Shown piece after piece: positions 1 through 9,565 of a DNA stretch of 37,849 nucleotides. The first letter of the stretch is position 1, and every line of letters begins with the position of its first letter. This DNA comes from an uncultured bacterium (GTDB lineage Bacteria; Fidelibacterota; Marinisomatia; Marinisomatales; UBA1611). The stretch lies in NCBI GenBank assembly GCA_964001155.1, contig CAXFCD010000052.1:1-37849 (forward strand), given 5' to 3'. The notes under the pieces were generated by a model. It was not told the origin of the DNA. It made no database searches and worked only from the letters and a program-made list of their open reading frames with translations. The translations under genes and the position numbers were made by a program.

Positions 1-2727
1 ATTGAAACGGATGGTATTGGTGGAATCCACCTTTGGTATGGTGATGTGAGCAGTTCTTTGGTCATCATGAATGATATGCAAGCCATGTCGAAAATTCCAA
101 TCATATTTGATGCTGATATGGAATATGGACTTCATCAGCGTTTTCCCTCGGGAACAGATTTACCTCCTTTCATGGCAATAGCAGCGACGGATAATCCTGA
201 TAATGCTTATTTAGCAGGGAAAATAGTTGCCGAAGAAGCCCGAGCAGCGGGAATTCAATGGAATTTATCTCCTGTAGTTGATGTCAATAATAACTCGGAA
301 AACCCAATCATAAATACGCGTTCATTTGGCGAACACCCCGATTTAGTCACTAATTTTGCAATTCCTTACATGAGAGGATTACAAGAAAATGGTGTATTGG
401 CAACAGCCAAACATTTTCCGGGACATGGTGATACTGAAACAGATTCTCATTCTTCTCTTGCCATGATTCCCAGTGATTCCGGTCGCCTATGGTCTGTGGA
501 AATTCCACCTTTTCAAGCAATGGCTGATGCCGGTGTAGATGCCATCATGGTGGCCCATGTCCATGCGCCGGATTATCAACCGGAATCAGATTCACCTGCT
601 TCAATAGACCCTTTTTGGATTCAATCTATTCTCAAACAAAAAATAGGATTTGATGGCGTTGTCATTACAGACGCAATGGGCATGGGTGGCGTGACAAAAA
701 ATTATTCCGACGCTTACGCCCTAATCGAAACAATCAATGCAGGCAGCGATGTAATTATTCAAAATTATAATTTGAAGGGTTCTATTGATGTTGTTGAAAA
801 AGCAGTCCACCAAGGTCTTATCCCAATCAATAGAATAAATGAATCTGCTTTGAAAATGCTTCAAATAAAAATGAAAGCCGGTTTAAATCAATCAAAATTC
901 ATCACTTCTGATTATGCACGACAAACCATTGGTAAAAAAGAAAATCGGACCGTGGCGAATCAAATGGCAACAGAAGCAATCACATGCGTAAAAAATGAAT
1001 TGAATTTGATTCCCTTGGTGAATAATGAGAAAAATCCTTTATTCGTGATTGATCTCTTTGATTCAAGGAATAACCATTCTCATTCATTAGTCTCCAAGGA
1101 TATTAAAAAATTAGGGACAGCGGTAAAGATAATACAGATTGATGAATCCGATTCAAGGAATTATTTGAATACTGTCTTAGAAGATATTCCCGTAAACAGT
1201 CCTATTCTCATTAATGCATTTGTAAACCCAAAAGCATGGAAGGATCAGATTAATTTATCAAATAAATTATCTGATTTTGTTCGTTCTCTTGTCAAAAAAA
1301 CTGATAATATTATTTTAGCAAGTTTAGGGACACCTTACCTCATTCGTGAATTTCCTGAAATCCCGGTTTACATTTGCGCTTATAAGGATAATACAGTCAT
1401 GCAAAATGCATTGGTCAAAGCACTTCTTGGAAAAACTAAAATATCAGGGAAACTACCTGTTTCAATTCCCGGTGTAGCAATGATTGGTGAAGGAATTGTA
1501 TTAGATAAACAAAGAACAGTAAAACAAAAAAAAGCACATAAACCGAGTACTGAAATTATTCAGGTATTGCCGACTGAACTTGGTGTTAAAACAAATAAAC
1601 TGAATCAGTTATTAGAAGAGTCAGTCCGAGATAGGGCTTGGCCCGGTGGTGTGCTATTAGCAGCCAAGAATGGTAAAATATTTTCGAAAAAAGCATTTGG
1701 ATTTCATACTTATGACCAAAACAGAGACGTCAGAACCAGTGATATCTTTGACTTGGCATCCATTACAAAAGTCATAGCCACCACATCATCTATCATGAAA
1801 TTGGTTGAAAGTGGCAAAGTTGATCTTGATGATCCTGTGGTAAAACATTTGCCTGAATTTTCCGGAAAACAAAAGGCAGCAGGTTCTCAAAAATCGATAA
1901 TAACAATCCGGCATTTATTAACCCACACAGGCGGATTGCCGTCATTCAAACAATACTACAAAATGAATGGATCTATTGAGTCGAAACTGGATAGTGTGTT
2001 TAATACAGCACCGGAATCTGGCTTGGGAGAGAAAACGATTTATTCGGATATAGGACTGATTGTATTGGGGAAATTGATTGAAAAAGTAAGCGATGTTACT
2101 TTGGACCAATTTGCAGATTCGCTCATTTTTCAGCCCCTAGGTATGACATCAACTTTTTTTAATCCGCCTCAAGAAAAGTTTCATCGCATCGTTCCCACAG
2201 AAATTTCTGAAGACTATCGAGCAGGATTGATTCAAGGGGAAGCCCATGATGAAAACGCTCACTGCATTGGGGGTGTTTCGGGTCATGCCGGTCTTTTTTC
2301 TACCGTTCGCGACTTGGCGCGATTTTCCCAAATGATGTTGAATAAAGGGCTCTACGGATGGACAAGAATATTTAGACAAGAAACAATCGAGTTATTTACA
2401 CAGCGCGCCAATATCATTGAGGGGAGTTCACGATGTTTGGGCTGGGACAGCCCGGATGGAGAAGCATCCGGCGGAATATATTTAAGTGATTCCAGTTATG
2501 GACATAATGGATTCACAGGCACCTCTTTGTGGATTGATCCTGAGAATCAGGTTATTGTTATTCTACTCACAAATGCAGTTCATCCCAATCGATCAGCAAA
2601 AAACCCAAAATATTTTGACTGGCGGCAACGTATCCATTCTGCGGTCTATGAATCTCTGGGATTTACAGAGCAAAACCCAAATTTGAAATTGAAATCCAGG
2701 TGGAAATATATTTCGGGTGACGAATAA
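1..2727 (+). CDS. nagZ: Fusion protein: GH3 beta-N-acetylhexosaminidase (NagZ-like) N-terminal part plus beta-lactamase-fold serine hydrolase (AmpH/EstB-like) C-terminal part; 5' end cut by the window edge
   Basis: Frame 1 is open from nt 1 (IETDGIGGIHLWYG... precedes the first ATG at 46). GH3 signature KHFPGHGDTETDSH is present. The C-terminal half has SxxK (DLASITKV), YSD and GHNGFTGTS motifs typical of class-C-like serine hydrolases. Confidence 0.85.
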   Translation: METDGIGGIHLWYGDVSSSLVIMNDMQAMSKIPIIFDADMEYGLHQRFPSGTDLPPFMAIAATDNPDNAYLAGKIVAEEARAAGIQWNLSPVVDVNNNSENPIINTRSFGEHPDLVTNFAIPYMRGLQENGVLATAKHFPGHGDTETDSHSSLAMIPSDSGRLWSVEIPPFQAMADAGVDAIMVAHVHAPDYQPESDSPASIDPFWIQSILKQKIGFDGVVITDAMGMGGVTKNYSDAYALIETINAGSDVIIQNYNLKGSIDVVEKAVHQGLIPINRINESALKMLQIKMKAGLNQSKFITSDYARQTIGKKENRTVANQMATEAITCVKNELNLIPLVNNEKNPLFVIDLFDSRNNHSHSLVSKDIKKLGTAVKIIQIDESDSRNYLNTVLEDIPVNSPILINAFVNPKAWKDQINLSNKLSDFVRSLVKKTDNIILASLGTPYLIREFPEIPVYICAYKDNTVMQNALVKALLGKTKISGKLPVSIPGVAMIGEGIVLDKQRTVKQKKAHKPSTEIIQVLPTELGVKTNKLNQLLEESVRDRAWPGGVLLAAKNGKIFSKKAFGFHTYDQNRDVRTSDIFDLASITKVIATTSSIMKLVESGKVDLDDPVVKHLPEFSGKQKAAGSQKSIITIRHLLTHTGGLPSFKQYYKMNGSIESKLDSVFNTAPESGLGEKTIYSDIGLIVLGKLIEKVSDVTLDQFADSLIFQPLGMTSTFFNPPQEKFHRIVPTEISEDYRAGLIQGEAHDENAHCIGGVSGHAGLFSTVRDLARFSQMMLNKGLYGWTRIFRQETIELFTQRANIIEGSSRCLGWDSPDGEASGGIYLSDSSYGHNGFTGTSLWIDPENQVIVILLTNAVHPNRSAKNPKYFDWRQRIHSAVYESLGFTEQNPNLKLKSRWKYISGDE

Positions 2728-2747
2728 AAGATTCTAATCATCATAAA

Positions 2748-4142
2748 ATGCACTGGATAGACACGTCAATCATTTTATTATTTTTAACTGGGCTCATAGG
2801 CTTTGGCTGGTGGCAGAGCAGGTTGAATCAAACCACCAAAGATTATTTTCTTGGTGGCAAAAACCTTCCTTGGGTTGTGGCAATGTTTTCCATCGTTGCA
2901 ACAGAAACATCAGTCCTTACTTTTATCAGCATTCCGGGAATCGCTTATCGCGGTAACTGGTTTTTTCTACAACTGGCTATCGGTTATATTTTAGGCAGAA
3001 TCCTGGTGAGTGTGTTTTTACTACCGCAATATTTTTCATCTGGCATTACATCTATCTATGAAGTTCTTGGTGAAAAATTTGGTCCTGAAATTCAAAAAGT
3101 TGCCTCAGGTGTTTTCCTCATTACGAGAATTCTTGCTGACGGGATTCGTTATCTTGCTACAGCAGTGATTGTCCAAGTTGTCACCGGATGGTCGCTTCCT
3201 GCAGCAGTTTTGGTCATTGGCGCTGTTACATTGGTTTATTCGTTGCTGGGTGGGATACGTACAATAGTCTGGATCGACAGTTTTCAATTTGTACTCTATT
3301 TAGCCGGTGGACTGATGTCTATTTATTATATAGTATATAATATGGATATGTCACTTGGGGTTGCGCTGGAACAATTAAGCACCGCCGGGAAAATGCAGTT
3401 CTTGAATTTCACAGGTAATATGTTTCACGAACCATATTTATTCTTTAGCGCTGTGATTGGAGGGATGTTTTTATCATTTTCCTCCCATGGGGCAGATTAT
3501 ATGATGGTTCAAAGAGTATTAGGTACGAAAGACTTAGAATCCGGTAAAAAGGCTATGATCGGCAGCGGTGTATTTGTTTTTCTCCAATTTGGTATTTTTT
3601 TATTGGCCGGTTCTTTGATCTATATTTACCTAGGCGGGATCGAATTAGAGAAAGATCGAGAATTTTCAACCTTTATTGTTGGCCATTTACCCATTGGTGT
3701 GAAAGGATTGCTCTTGGCGGGTATTTTATCAGCTGCAATGTCAACCTTGAGTTCTTCCATCAATTCCTTGGCTTCATCTACCATTACAGATTGGCTAAAA
3801 GGCGAAGCGGATATTAAAAAATCACAATTGGTGAGTGGGGTTTGGGCCATTGTCCTGATAGGAATTGCTCTCATTTTTGATGAAGGTGATTCCGCCATTG
3901 TTATCATGGGACTCCAAATTGCCTCATTTACCTATGGGGGTTTATTAGGACTTTTTTTATTGAGTAAACTCAATCAATCTTTTCACCCCACCAGTTTAAT
4001 TATTGGACTCATTTCCAGTTGCTTAATTGTCTTCTATTTAAAACAAATTGGGTTAGCATGGACTTGGTTCATCCTTGTTTCTGTTGCTGTGAATATCGGA
4101 ATGTGTTTTATCTCTGAGCGAGTAATTCGATTGGTAAAATAG
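2748..4142 (+). CDS. Sodium:solute symporter family (SSF) transporter
   Basis: 464 aa and polytopic. The N-terminal YFLGGKNLPWVVAMFSIVATETSVLTFISIPGIAY block is typical of SSF permeases. It lies 20 nt downstream of the NagZ fusion. Confidence 0.8.
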   Translation: MHWIDTSIILLFLTGLIGFGWWQSRLNQTTKDYFLGGKNLPWVVAMFSIVATETSVLTFISIPGIAYRGNWFFLQLAIGYILGRILVSVFLLPQYFSSGITSIYEVLGEKFGPEIQKVASGVFLITRILADGIRYLATAVIVQVVTGWSLPAAVLVIGAVTLVYSLLGGIRTIVWIDSFQFVLYLAGGLMSIYYIVYNMDMSLGVALEQLSTAGKMQFLNFTGNMFHEPYLFFSAVIGGMFLSFSSHGADYMMVQRVLGTKDLESGKKAMIGSGVFVFLQFGIFLLAGSLIYIYLGGIELEKDREFSTFIVGHLPIGVKGLLLAGILSAAMSTLSSSINSLASSTITDWLKGEADIKKSQLVSGVWAIVLIGIALIFDEGDSAIVIMGLQIASFTYGGLLGLFLLSKLNQSFHPTSLIIGLISSCLIVFYLKQIGLAWTWFILVSVAVNIGMCFISERVIRLVK

Positions 4143-4146
4143 GAAT

Positions 4147-5994
4147 TTATTTTACATAAATCAGTTTTTTGGAATCGATTATTTTATTATTCCAACTCAA
4201 TGTGCAAAAATAAATGCCGGAAGATACTTCTTGTCCGTCATCATTCATCCCATTCCAATCATAAGAGTAATATCCGGGATACAATTCGTCGTTCAGGATT
4301 GTTTTTACTTTTTGCCCAGTGAGGGACCAAATGACCAGTGCTACTTCTCTTTTATAGGATGTTACCACTAAAATATTGGTTTCATCCTTGAATGGGTTGG
4401 GATAGTTCTGGGTGAGATAAAAAGATTTTTGTAATTGATCTTCATTAGAGGTGAAAGATATAAGATTGGATTTATTTGATTCTTTCCAAAACCGGTCTGA
4501 AGTGGTTGAAAAGAAAAATTGGGTTTGCGATGTATCTAAGTTTGAAAAGTCTATGGGTATAACAAAAGAATCTTTCGAAAAATGGATATCAAAAATATTT
4601 GCAGACTCATTAGAAGCAGTTGGGCTTGTGGATTGGTAGGTTATGATCCAATTCGGTTCCTCCGTTTCTTTTGGGTAAACTTCCAATTGATATTCATTTT
4701 CTTCGCCGGATGACAAAACAATGGTGGGAGGGTCAATTGATCCTAGAGTGCCAATCGGATTTGGTTTTATTTTTGATTTCTCGATAAAAAATGTTTCCCC
4801 TGCTGTGGTGAAATAATTATGATCCCGCCAAGTTGCATAGCTGAAAAATTGGAAACCATCAACCCATCCTAATTCCCGGATGGCACTGACAATACTGTTG
4901 TGGTTATTCCAAACATTATTATCCGACAAAATATAGGATCCCGGTCCAACTGTGAAAGGCCGCCCAGATTCGATTCCCGGTTGAATAAATAATTCCCAAC
5001 AGTTTGGACAATCATTGGAAAGCATGTCTATAAATCCTTCAGAAGTCGTCCAATGATAACTCATGGGCATTATGTGATCTAAATAACCTTCATTATACCA
5101 AAGCGCTCCATCTTGGTAAACAGTGCCATACCCTTGCCACCCGGACCAATTGTATTTTCCTAAAACTGCAGCGCTCAACTTTACATGGGGCTTCACCGCT
5201 TGGATTGAATCATGGAGTGTGCTCACAAATTCTGTCACGCTCCATCGCCACCAGTCTTCCCAAGAACTGAATCCATTTGGGATACCGGCAGAATAGGGAT
5301 GTTCATAATCGTATAAATATCGTCCTGATGGATTTGAAGTCAATTCTTCAATTTCGTGTTGGGTTATGAATCCATCAATTCTATTCAATTGCTCTTGATG
5401 AGACGGTGAGTTTCGTTGAGAATTTGTGTGCTCATTCCAGCGGACATAATCTAAATGCAACCCATCAATATCATAATTTCGAACAATTTCCATAGCTACT
5501 TGCAAGGTGTAATTCCTAACTGCATCTAATCCGGGAGACAAAGATCGGTATGAGGCCATCGGTATTCCATTTTGATCGCGACAAATCCATTCCGGGTGCT
5601 CAGCTGCAGGGGCACCGTTATGTGTGCTTGAGGTTTGGAATACATTAAACCAGGCATGAAGCTCCAATCCACGGGCATGGGCTTCTTCAATGGCTAAAGC
5701 CAAAGGGTCATAACCGGGATATTGATATCCGGCATAATAACCCCAAGGTTCATAAGATGATTGGTAATAAGCAGTTCCACCCTGGCGAACCTGAAAAATA
5801 ACTGCATTCATATTGGCGTCTACATGGTCATCCATAATTTTTGCCACTCGATTCATATTTTGCACTGCTGGCTCATATCGGTTTATGTGATCCCAGGTGA
5901 TGACCCAGGTCGATCTAAATTCAGTATTTGATGGGGAAGCCGAGGAAAGGGTTAGTCCAAAGATAATAAAAATAAACGTGTATTTATAAAGCAT
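4147..5994 (-). CDS. Glycosyl hydrolase-like family 10 (GHL10/DUF187, YngK-like) TIM-barrel protein with a T9SS C-terminal sorting domain
   Basis: Signal peptide present. RSTWVITWDHI...NAVIFQVRQGGTAYYQSSYEPWG...YDPLALAIEEAHARGLELHAWFNVF...IDGLHLDYVRW matches the GHL10 pattern. The C-terminus has a NYPNPF... tail. Confidence 0.75.
   Translation of the reverse strand: MLYKYTFIFIIFGLTLSSASPSNTEFRSTWVITWDHINRYEPAVQNMNRVAKIMDDHVDANMNAVIFQVRQGGTAYYQSSYEPWGYYAGYQYPGYDPLALAIEEAHARGLELHAWFNVFQTSSTHNGAPAAEHPEWICRDQNGIPMASYRSLSPGLDAVRNYTLQVAMEIVRNYDIDGLHLDYVRWNEHTNSQRNSPSHQEQLNRIDGFITQHEIEELTSNPSGRYLYDYEHPYSAGIPNGFSSWEDWWRWSVTEFVSTLHDSIQAVKPHVKLSAAVLGKYNWSGWQGYGTVYQDGALWYNEGYLDHIMPMSYHWTTSEGFIDMLSNDCPNCWELFIQPGIESGRPFTVGPGSYILSDNNVWNNHNSIVSAIRELGWVDGFQFFSYATWRDHNYFTTAGETFFIEKSKIKPNPIGTLGSIDPPTIVLSSGEENEYQLEVYPKETEEPNWIITYQSTSPTASNESANIFDIHFSKDSFVIPIDFSNLDTSQTQFFFSTTSDRFWKESNKSNLISFTSNEDQLQKSFYLTQNYPNPFKDETNILVVTSYKREVALVIWSLTGQKVKTILNDELYPGYYSYDWNGMNDDGQEVSSGIYFCTLSWNNKIIDSKKLIYVK
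4150..4416 (-). other. T9SS (Por) type-A-like C-terminal sorting domain of the GHL10 protein
   Basis: LTQNYPNPFKDETNILV...VALVIWSLTGQKV...YSYDWNGMNDDGQEVSSGIYFCTL...KKLIYVK. Confidence 0.7.
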
Positions 5995-6022
5995 GTAAAT
6001 TTTGAAATTAATTCAAGAATAA

Positions 6023-7405
6023 TTACTGTACACGAGACACTTTTATTTTGTATTTGTAATAAAATGTTCCACTGAATGTGAGTACAATTCCAACCAAAGA
6101 TGGGATAAAGGCTGTGATGAGAGTGATAATCAAAAATGAAAAATATAGAATAAGAACAACAATCATACTCCACGGATAAAGAATCGCTTTATAAGGTCGT
6201 TCTTTTGTAGGCCATTTTTTTCGGAGTACATAAATAGAACCAAACGTCAATAGATTAAAAACTGTGCTGGTTGCAGAAAAGAAATCAATAATTATTTCAT
6301 AAGTATTGGTTCCGCTCACACCGGATTGTAAATAGGTCGAAAGGACAGAAAAGACCAATAAAAAAGTTGCCCAGATTCCTTGTCCAAGTAAAGCATTATT
6401 TGGTGATTTATACACCGGATGTAACTCTTTAAACTTATCGAAGAATAGTCCATCTCTTGCCATAGCATGCCAAGTACGACCTTTGCATAAAATCTGTGTA
6501 CTGATATTCCCAAAAGCATTGACAGCGACTGCAATAGAAATCAAAATACCACCCGTAGCGCCCATCACGACTTTCATTGCTTCAGTCGCCACCCATTTAT
6601 TATCAATAATGGTTTGTACATCCAGTTGATATAAATATCCAAGATTAGCTCCGATGTAAAGAAGCGTAACGCCACCGATACCGAGGAAAAGCGATAGCGG
6701 AAGTGTTTTTTGCGGTTCTTTGACTTCTTCTGCCATATAAGTTGCGCCTTCCCATCCGCTGAAAGCAAAGAACGAATACCTAAGTGCAGCCCCAATGGCA
6801 AGTATCGTTTCCCAACCAAATGTCTCGGGCCAAAGTGGATTCACAAAATGATCGAAACTCCCTGTTGAAAAGGATGTCAACGTCATGCCGATTATGGCAC
6901 CCACAGCACAAACTTTAATTATACTGAAAATGACTTGGAATTTTCCGCTTAGACTAACGCCAAACAAGTTTATGCAGGTTAATCCCCAAATAGTTATTAA
7001 TGAAATGGCAAACGTTACTGGAAGGGAGAAAGGGGCACCCATCGATATTTCCCAAATGGCGTTCAAATATTCTGTAAATACCAGTGCAACTGCCACAATG
7101 GATGCAGTTTCTGAAACAAAAAACATGGCCCAACCACGAAGAAATGCGACATAGGGTCCATAAGCTTCTTTCAAGAAAACATAGGGTCCGCCTGATTTTG
7201 GCAGCATTGCGGTTAGTTCCGCATATATGACCGCTCCAAAAATAGTAATGATTCCACCAATGACCCATACCAAACCAAACAAAGAGGTACAACCCACCAA
7301 TGCCATTATAGGTGCAGGAGTCCGAAAGATCCCTGAGCCGATAATTCTGCTAATCACAATGGCAACAGACTCTTTTAGCCCTAGGTCTCTTTTATATTCA
7401 CTCAT
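6023..7405 (-). CDS. APC-family amino acid permease
   Basis: 460 aa with about 12 TM segments. N-terminal LGLKESVAIVISRIIGSGIFRTPA and FAFSGWE motifs are typical of amino acid/polyamine/organocation transporters. Confidence 0.85.
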   Translation of the reverse strand: MSEYKRDLGLKESVAIVISRIIGSGIFRTPAPIMALVGCTSLFGLVWVIGGIITIFGAVIYAELTAMLPKSGGPYVFLKEAYGPYVAFLRGWAMFFVSETASIVAVALVFTEYLNAIWEISMGAPFSLPVTFAISLITIWGLTCINLFGVSLSGKFQVIFSIIKVCAVGAIIGMTLTSFSTGSFDHFVNPLWPETFGWETILAIGAALRYSFFAFSGWEGATYMAEEVKEPQKTLPLSLFLGIGGVTLLYIGANLGYLYQLDVQTIIDNKWVATEAMKVVMGATGGILISIAVAVNAFGNISTQILCKGRTWHAMARDGLFFDKFKELHPVYKSPNNALLGQGIWATFLLVFSVLSTYLQSGVSGTNTYEIIIDFFSATSTVFNLLTFGSIYVLRKKWPTKERPYKAILYPWSMIVVLILYFSFLIITLITAFIPSLVGIVLTFSGTFYYKYKIKVSRVQ

Positions 7406-7482
7406 AAATATTTACTATAACAGCAGATAAGATCACATAGACATAATTATGAAACATTAAATTTTGAAAGATCTCTTTGCTA

Positions 7483-8031
7483 TTAATTAAAAAAGAATTG
7501 GCAAATATAAACCGCACTCAAAACACCCACAGCATCAGCAATCAAGCCAGCGGCAAGTGCATGGCGGGTTTTTATGATTCCAACAGATCCAAAATAAACA
7601 GCAAGCACATAAAAAGTTGTCTCAGTTGAGCCAAACATAGTGGCGCCAATTTTGGCTATGATGGAATCAGGACCGTGTTGGTTAATCAAGTCAGTTAATA
7701 GACCTAAAGATCCACTTCCTGATAGAGGTCGCATAAGCGCTAACGGAAGGTTTTCCGGTGGAAAACCAATCAAAGTTAACACAGGGGAGAAGAAATTCAG
7801 TAATAAGTCTAATGCGCCTGAGGCTCGGAACATCCCAATAGCTACCAAAATAGCCACCAAATAAGGAATGATTCTAACTGCGATAGTAAAACCATCCTTT
7901 GCACCTTCCACAAATGTTTCATAGACTTTTATCTTTTTAAAAACAAGACCATAAAATGGAATGCCAACTAATAGGAAAGGAATAATGTATTTTGAAAATT
8001 CGTTAATACTGCCAACAATAGATTCAATCAT
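7483..8031 (-). CDS. spmB: SpmB-like nucleoside-recognition (Gate) domain membrane protein
   Basis: 182 aa hydrophobic protein with MRPLSGSGSLGL and TETTFYVLAVYFG blocks. It overlaps the upstream spmA-like gene by 4 nt. Confidence 0.75.
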   Translation of the reverse strand: MIESIVGSINEFSKYIIPFLLVGIPFYGLVFKKIKVYETFVEGAKDGFTIAVRIIPYLVAILVAIGMFRASGALDLLLNFFSPVLTLIGFPPENLPLALMRPLSGSGSLGLLTDLINQHGPDSIIAKIGATMFGSTETTFYVLAVYFGSVGIIKTRHALAAGLIADAVGVLSAVYICQFFFN

Positions 8032-8624
8032 TTTTGGTCTCCGTAGATAATATCAAACCGTTTTCTTTTTTCTAAAAATTTTACTGCTAGAACAGCAGCA
8101 ATTGTGGACATACTAGTAGCGATGATTGTTGTTATAAAAATTTGGCTTGAATATGATCCCATCAGTGCAACTACCGTTGCCGGCAAAATGAGTTGAACGC
8201 TGGATGTATTGAGAGCCAGAAACATAGCCATGGCATTTGTGGCTGTATCTTTTTTTGGATTTAGTTCCTGTAGCTCCTCCATTGCTTTAAGCCCAAGAGG
8301 TGTTGCTGCATTTCCTAGACCAAGGATATTAGCAGCCATATTCAATACAATGGATCCAATGGCAGGATGGTCCGCCGGAACATCCGGGAATAATCGAATT
8401 GTAATTGGACGTAATCCTTTGGCAATGATTCGAATAAGTCCGGATTCTTCTGCAATTTTCATCACACCCAACCACATTGCCATGATGCCAATGAGTCCGA
8501 TTGCCAGATTGACAGCAACTTTCGCCATATCAATTGCTGCTTCCGTTACGGCATCAATATTCCCGGTAAATGCTCCGACCACAACACCGATAAACATCAT
8601 TCCAAACCAAATATAATTCAGCAT
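8028..8624 (-). CDS. spmA: SpmA-like nucleoside-recognition (Gate) domain membrane protein
   Basis: 198 aa starting MLNYIWFGMMFIGVVVG, with the ANILGLGNAATPLGLKAMEEL block typical of SpmA/Gate-domain proteins. It is paired with the SpmB-like gene. Confidence 0.75.
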   Translation of the reverse strand: MLNYIWFGMMFIGVVVGAFTGNIDAVTEAAIDMAKVAVNLAIGLIGIMAMWLGVMKIAEESGLIRIIAKGLRPITIRLFPDVPADHPAIGSIVLNMAANILGLGNAATPLGLKAMEELQELNPKKDTATNAMAMFLALNTSSVQLILPATVVALMGSYSSQIFITTIIATSMSTIAAVLAVKFLEKRKRFDIIYGDQK

Positions 8625-8635
8625 CTAAATTTTCC

Positions 8636-9565
8636 TTACTCTACCGGTGATTCTAAAAATGTTACCACAGGCGAATCAGACATTGCATCCAATTGTATTG
8701 GAATAGATGTAGGCATTGTAGCTTGAAACTTGCCATGTCCACATGGAAAATTTGAAATGATTGGAATGTCCAAATCGCCACACACATCCATTACAATTTC
8801 ATCGGTAGATTTTCCAAATGGTATTTCCTGATCAGTTATATCAACCAATTCCCCTATGATTAATCCATTAATATGTTGAAACATGCCTGCTTCTTTCATA
8901 TGAACCACCATGCGGTCAAAAGCGTAAAGGTATTCTTCGATATCTTCAAGAAATAAAATAACTCCATCTGTATTGAGTTGATCCTTCGTGCCTAAACGAT
9001 TGACCAATAGACAAATATTTCCGCCCCATAAGGGTCCCGTTGCTTTTCCCGGTTTTAAAACTTTAGTTGGTAACTCAGAAGGTGCTCGGACAACAATTCC
9101 GCTTTCACCGGATAAAGTTTTTTCCATGAGATCAAAATTATAGTCGACCATCCCTTTTTTGAATGATGTCAGCATGGGACCATGAAAAGTAATTAATCCC
9201 GAGCGCTGTGTGATAGATGTGAGAAAAGCAGTGATATCGCTGTATCCCATAAATATTTTTGGATTCGCTTTGATTAATTCATAATCAAGAAGAGGAATGA
9301 CACGGTTTGCGCCATATCCACCCCGGGCGCAAATAATACCATCGATCTTTGGATTGGCGAACATACCATTAATATCATTGGCTCTTTGTTCCGGCGTTCC
9401 GGCAAATGAATTGTCTCTCAAAAAAACGCTTTCACCTAAAACAAGATTATATCCTTTTTCTTCAAAAATAAATACGGCGGTTTTTAAGTCCTGTTCTTCC
9501 ATCCATGAAGATGGACTCACAATACCAATTGTAGCATTTGGCTTTAATGGTGGAGGTTTAATCAT
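8636..9565 (-). CDS. ldcA: LD-carboxypeptidase (muramoyltetrapeptide carboxypeptidase, peptidase S66)
   Basis: 309 aa. Nucleophile motif GYSDITA and C-terminal FPCGHG His motif are present. Overall layout is IGIVSPSS...ICARGGYG. Confidence 0.85.
   Translation of the reverse strand: MIKPPPLKPNATIGIVSPSSWMEEQDLKTAVFIFEEKGYNLVLGESVFLRDNSFAGTPEQRANDINGMFANPKIDGIICARGGYGANRVIPLLDYELIKANPKIFMGYSDITAFLTSITQRSGLITFHGPMLTSFKKGMVDYNFDLMEKTLSGESGIVVRAPSELPTKVLKPGKATGPLWGGNICLLVNRLGTKDQLNTDGVILFLEDIEEYLYAFDRMVVHMKEAGMFQHINGLIIGELVDITDQEIPFGKSTDEIVMDVCGDLDIPIISNFPCGHGKFQATMPTSIPIQLDAMSDSPVVTFLESPVE

Noticed and set aside
1522-2727. Beta-lactamase domain as an antibiotic-resistance determinant
   Set aside because: The domain is fused to a NagZ-like GH3 inside a murein-processing locus. 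It has the GHxGFTG-type third motif of AmpH/EstB-like peptidases and esterases, not a class-A or class-C resistance enzyme signature. A cell-wall peptidase role is more plausible.
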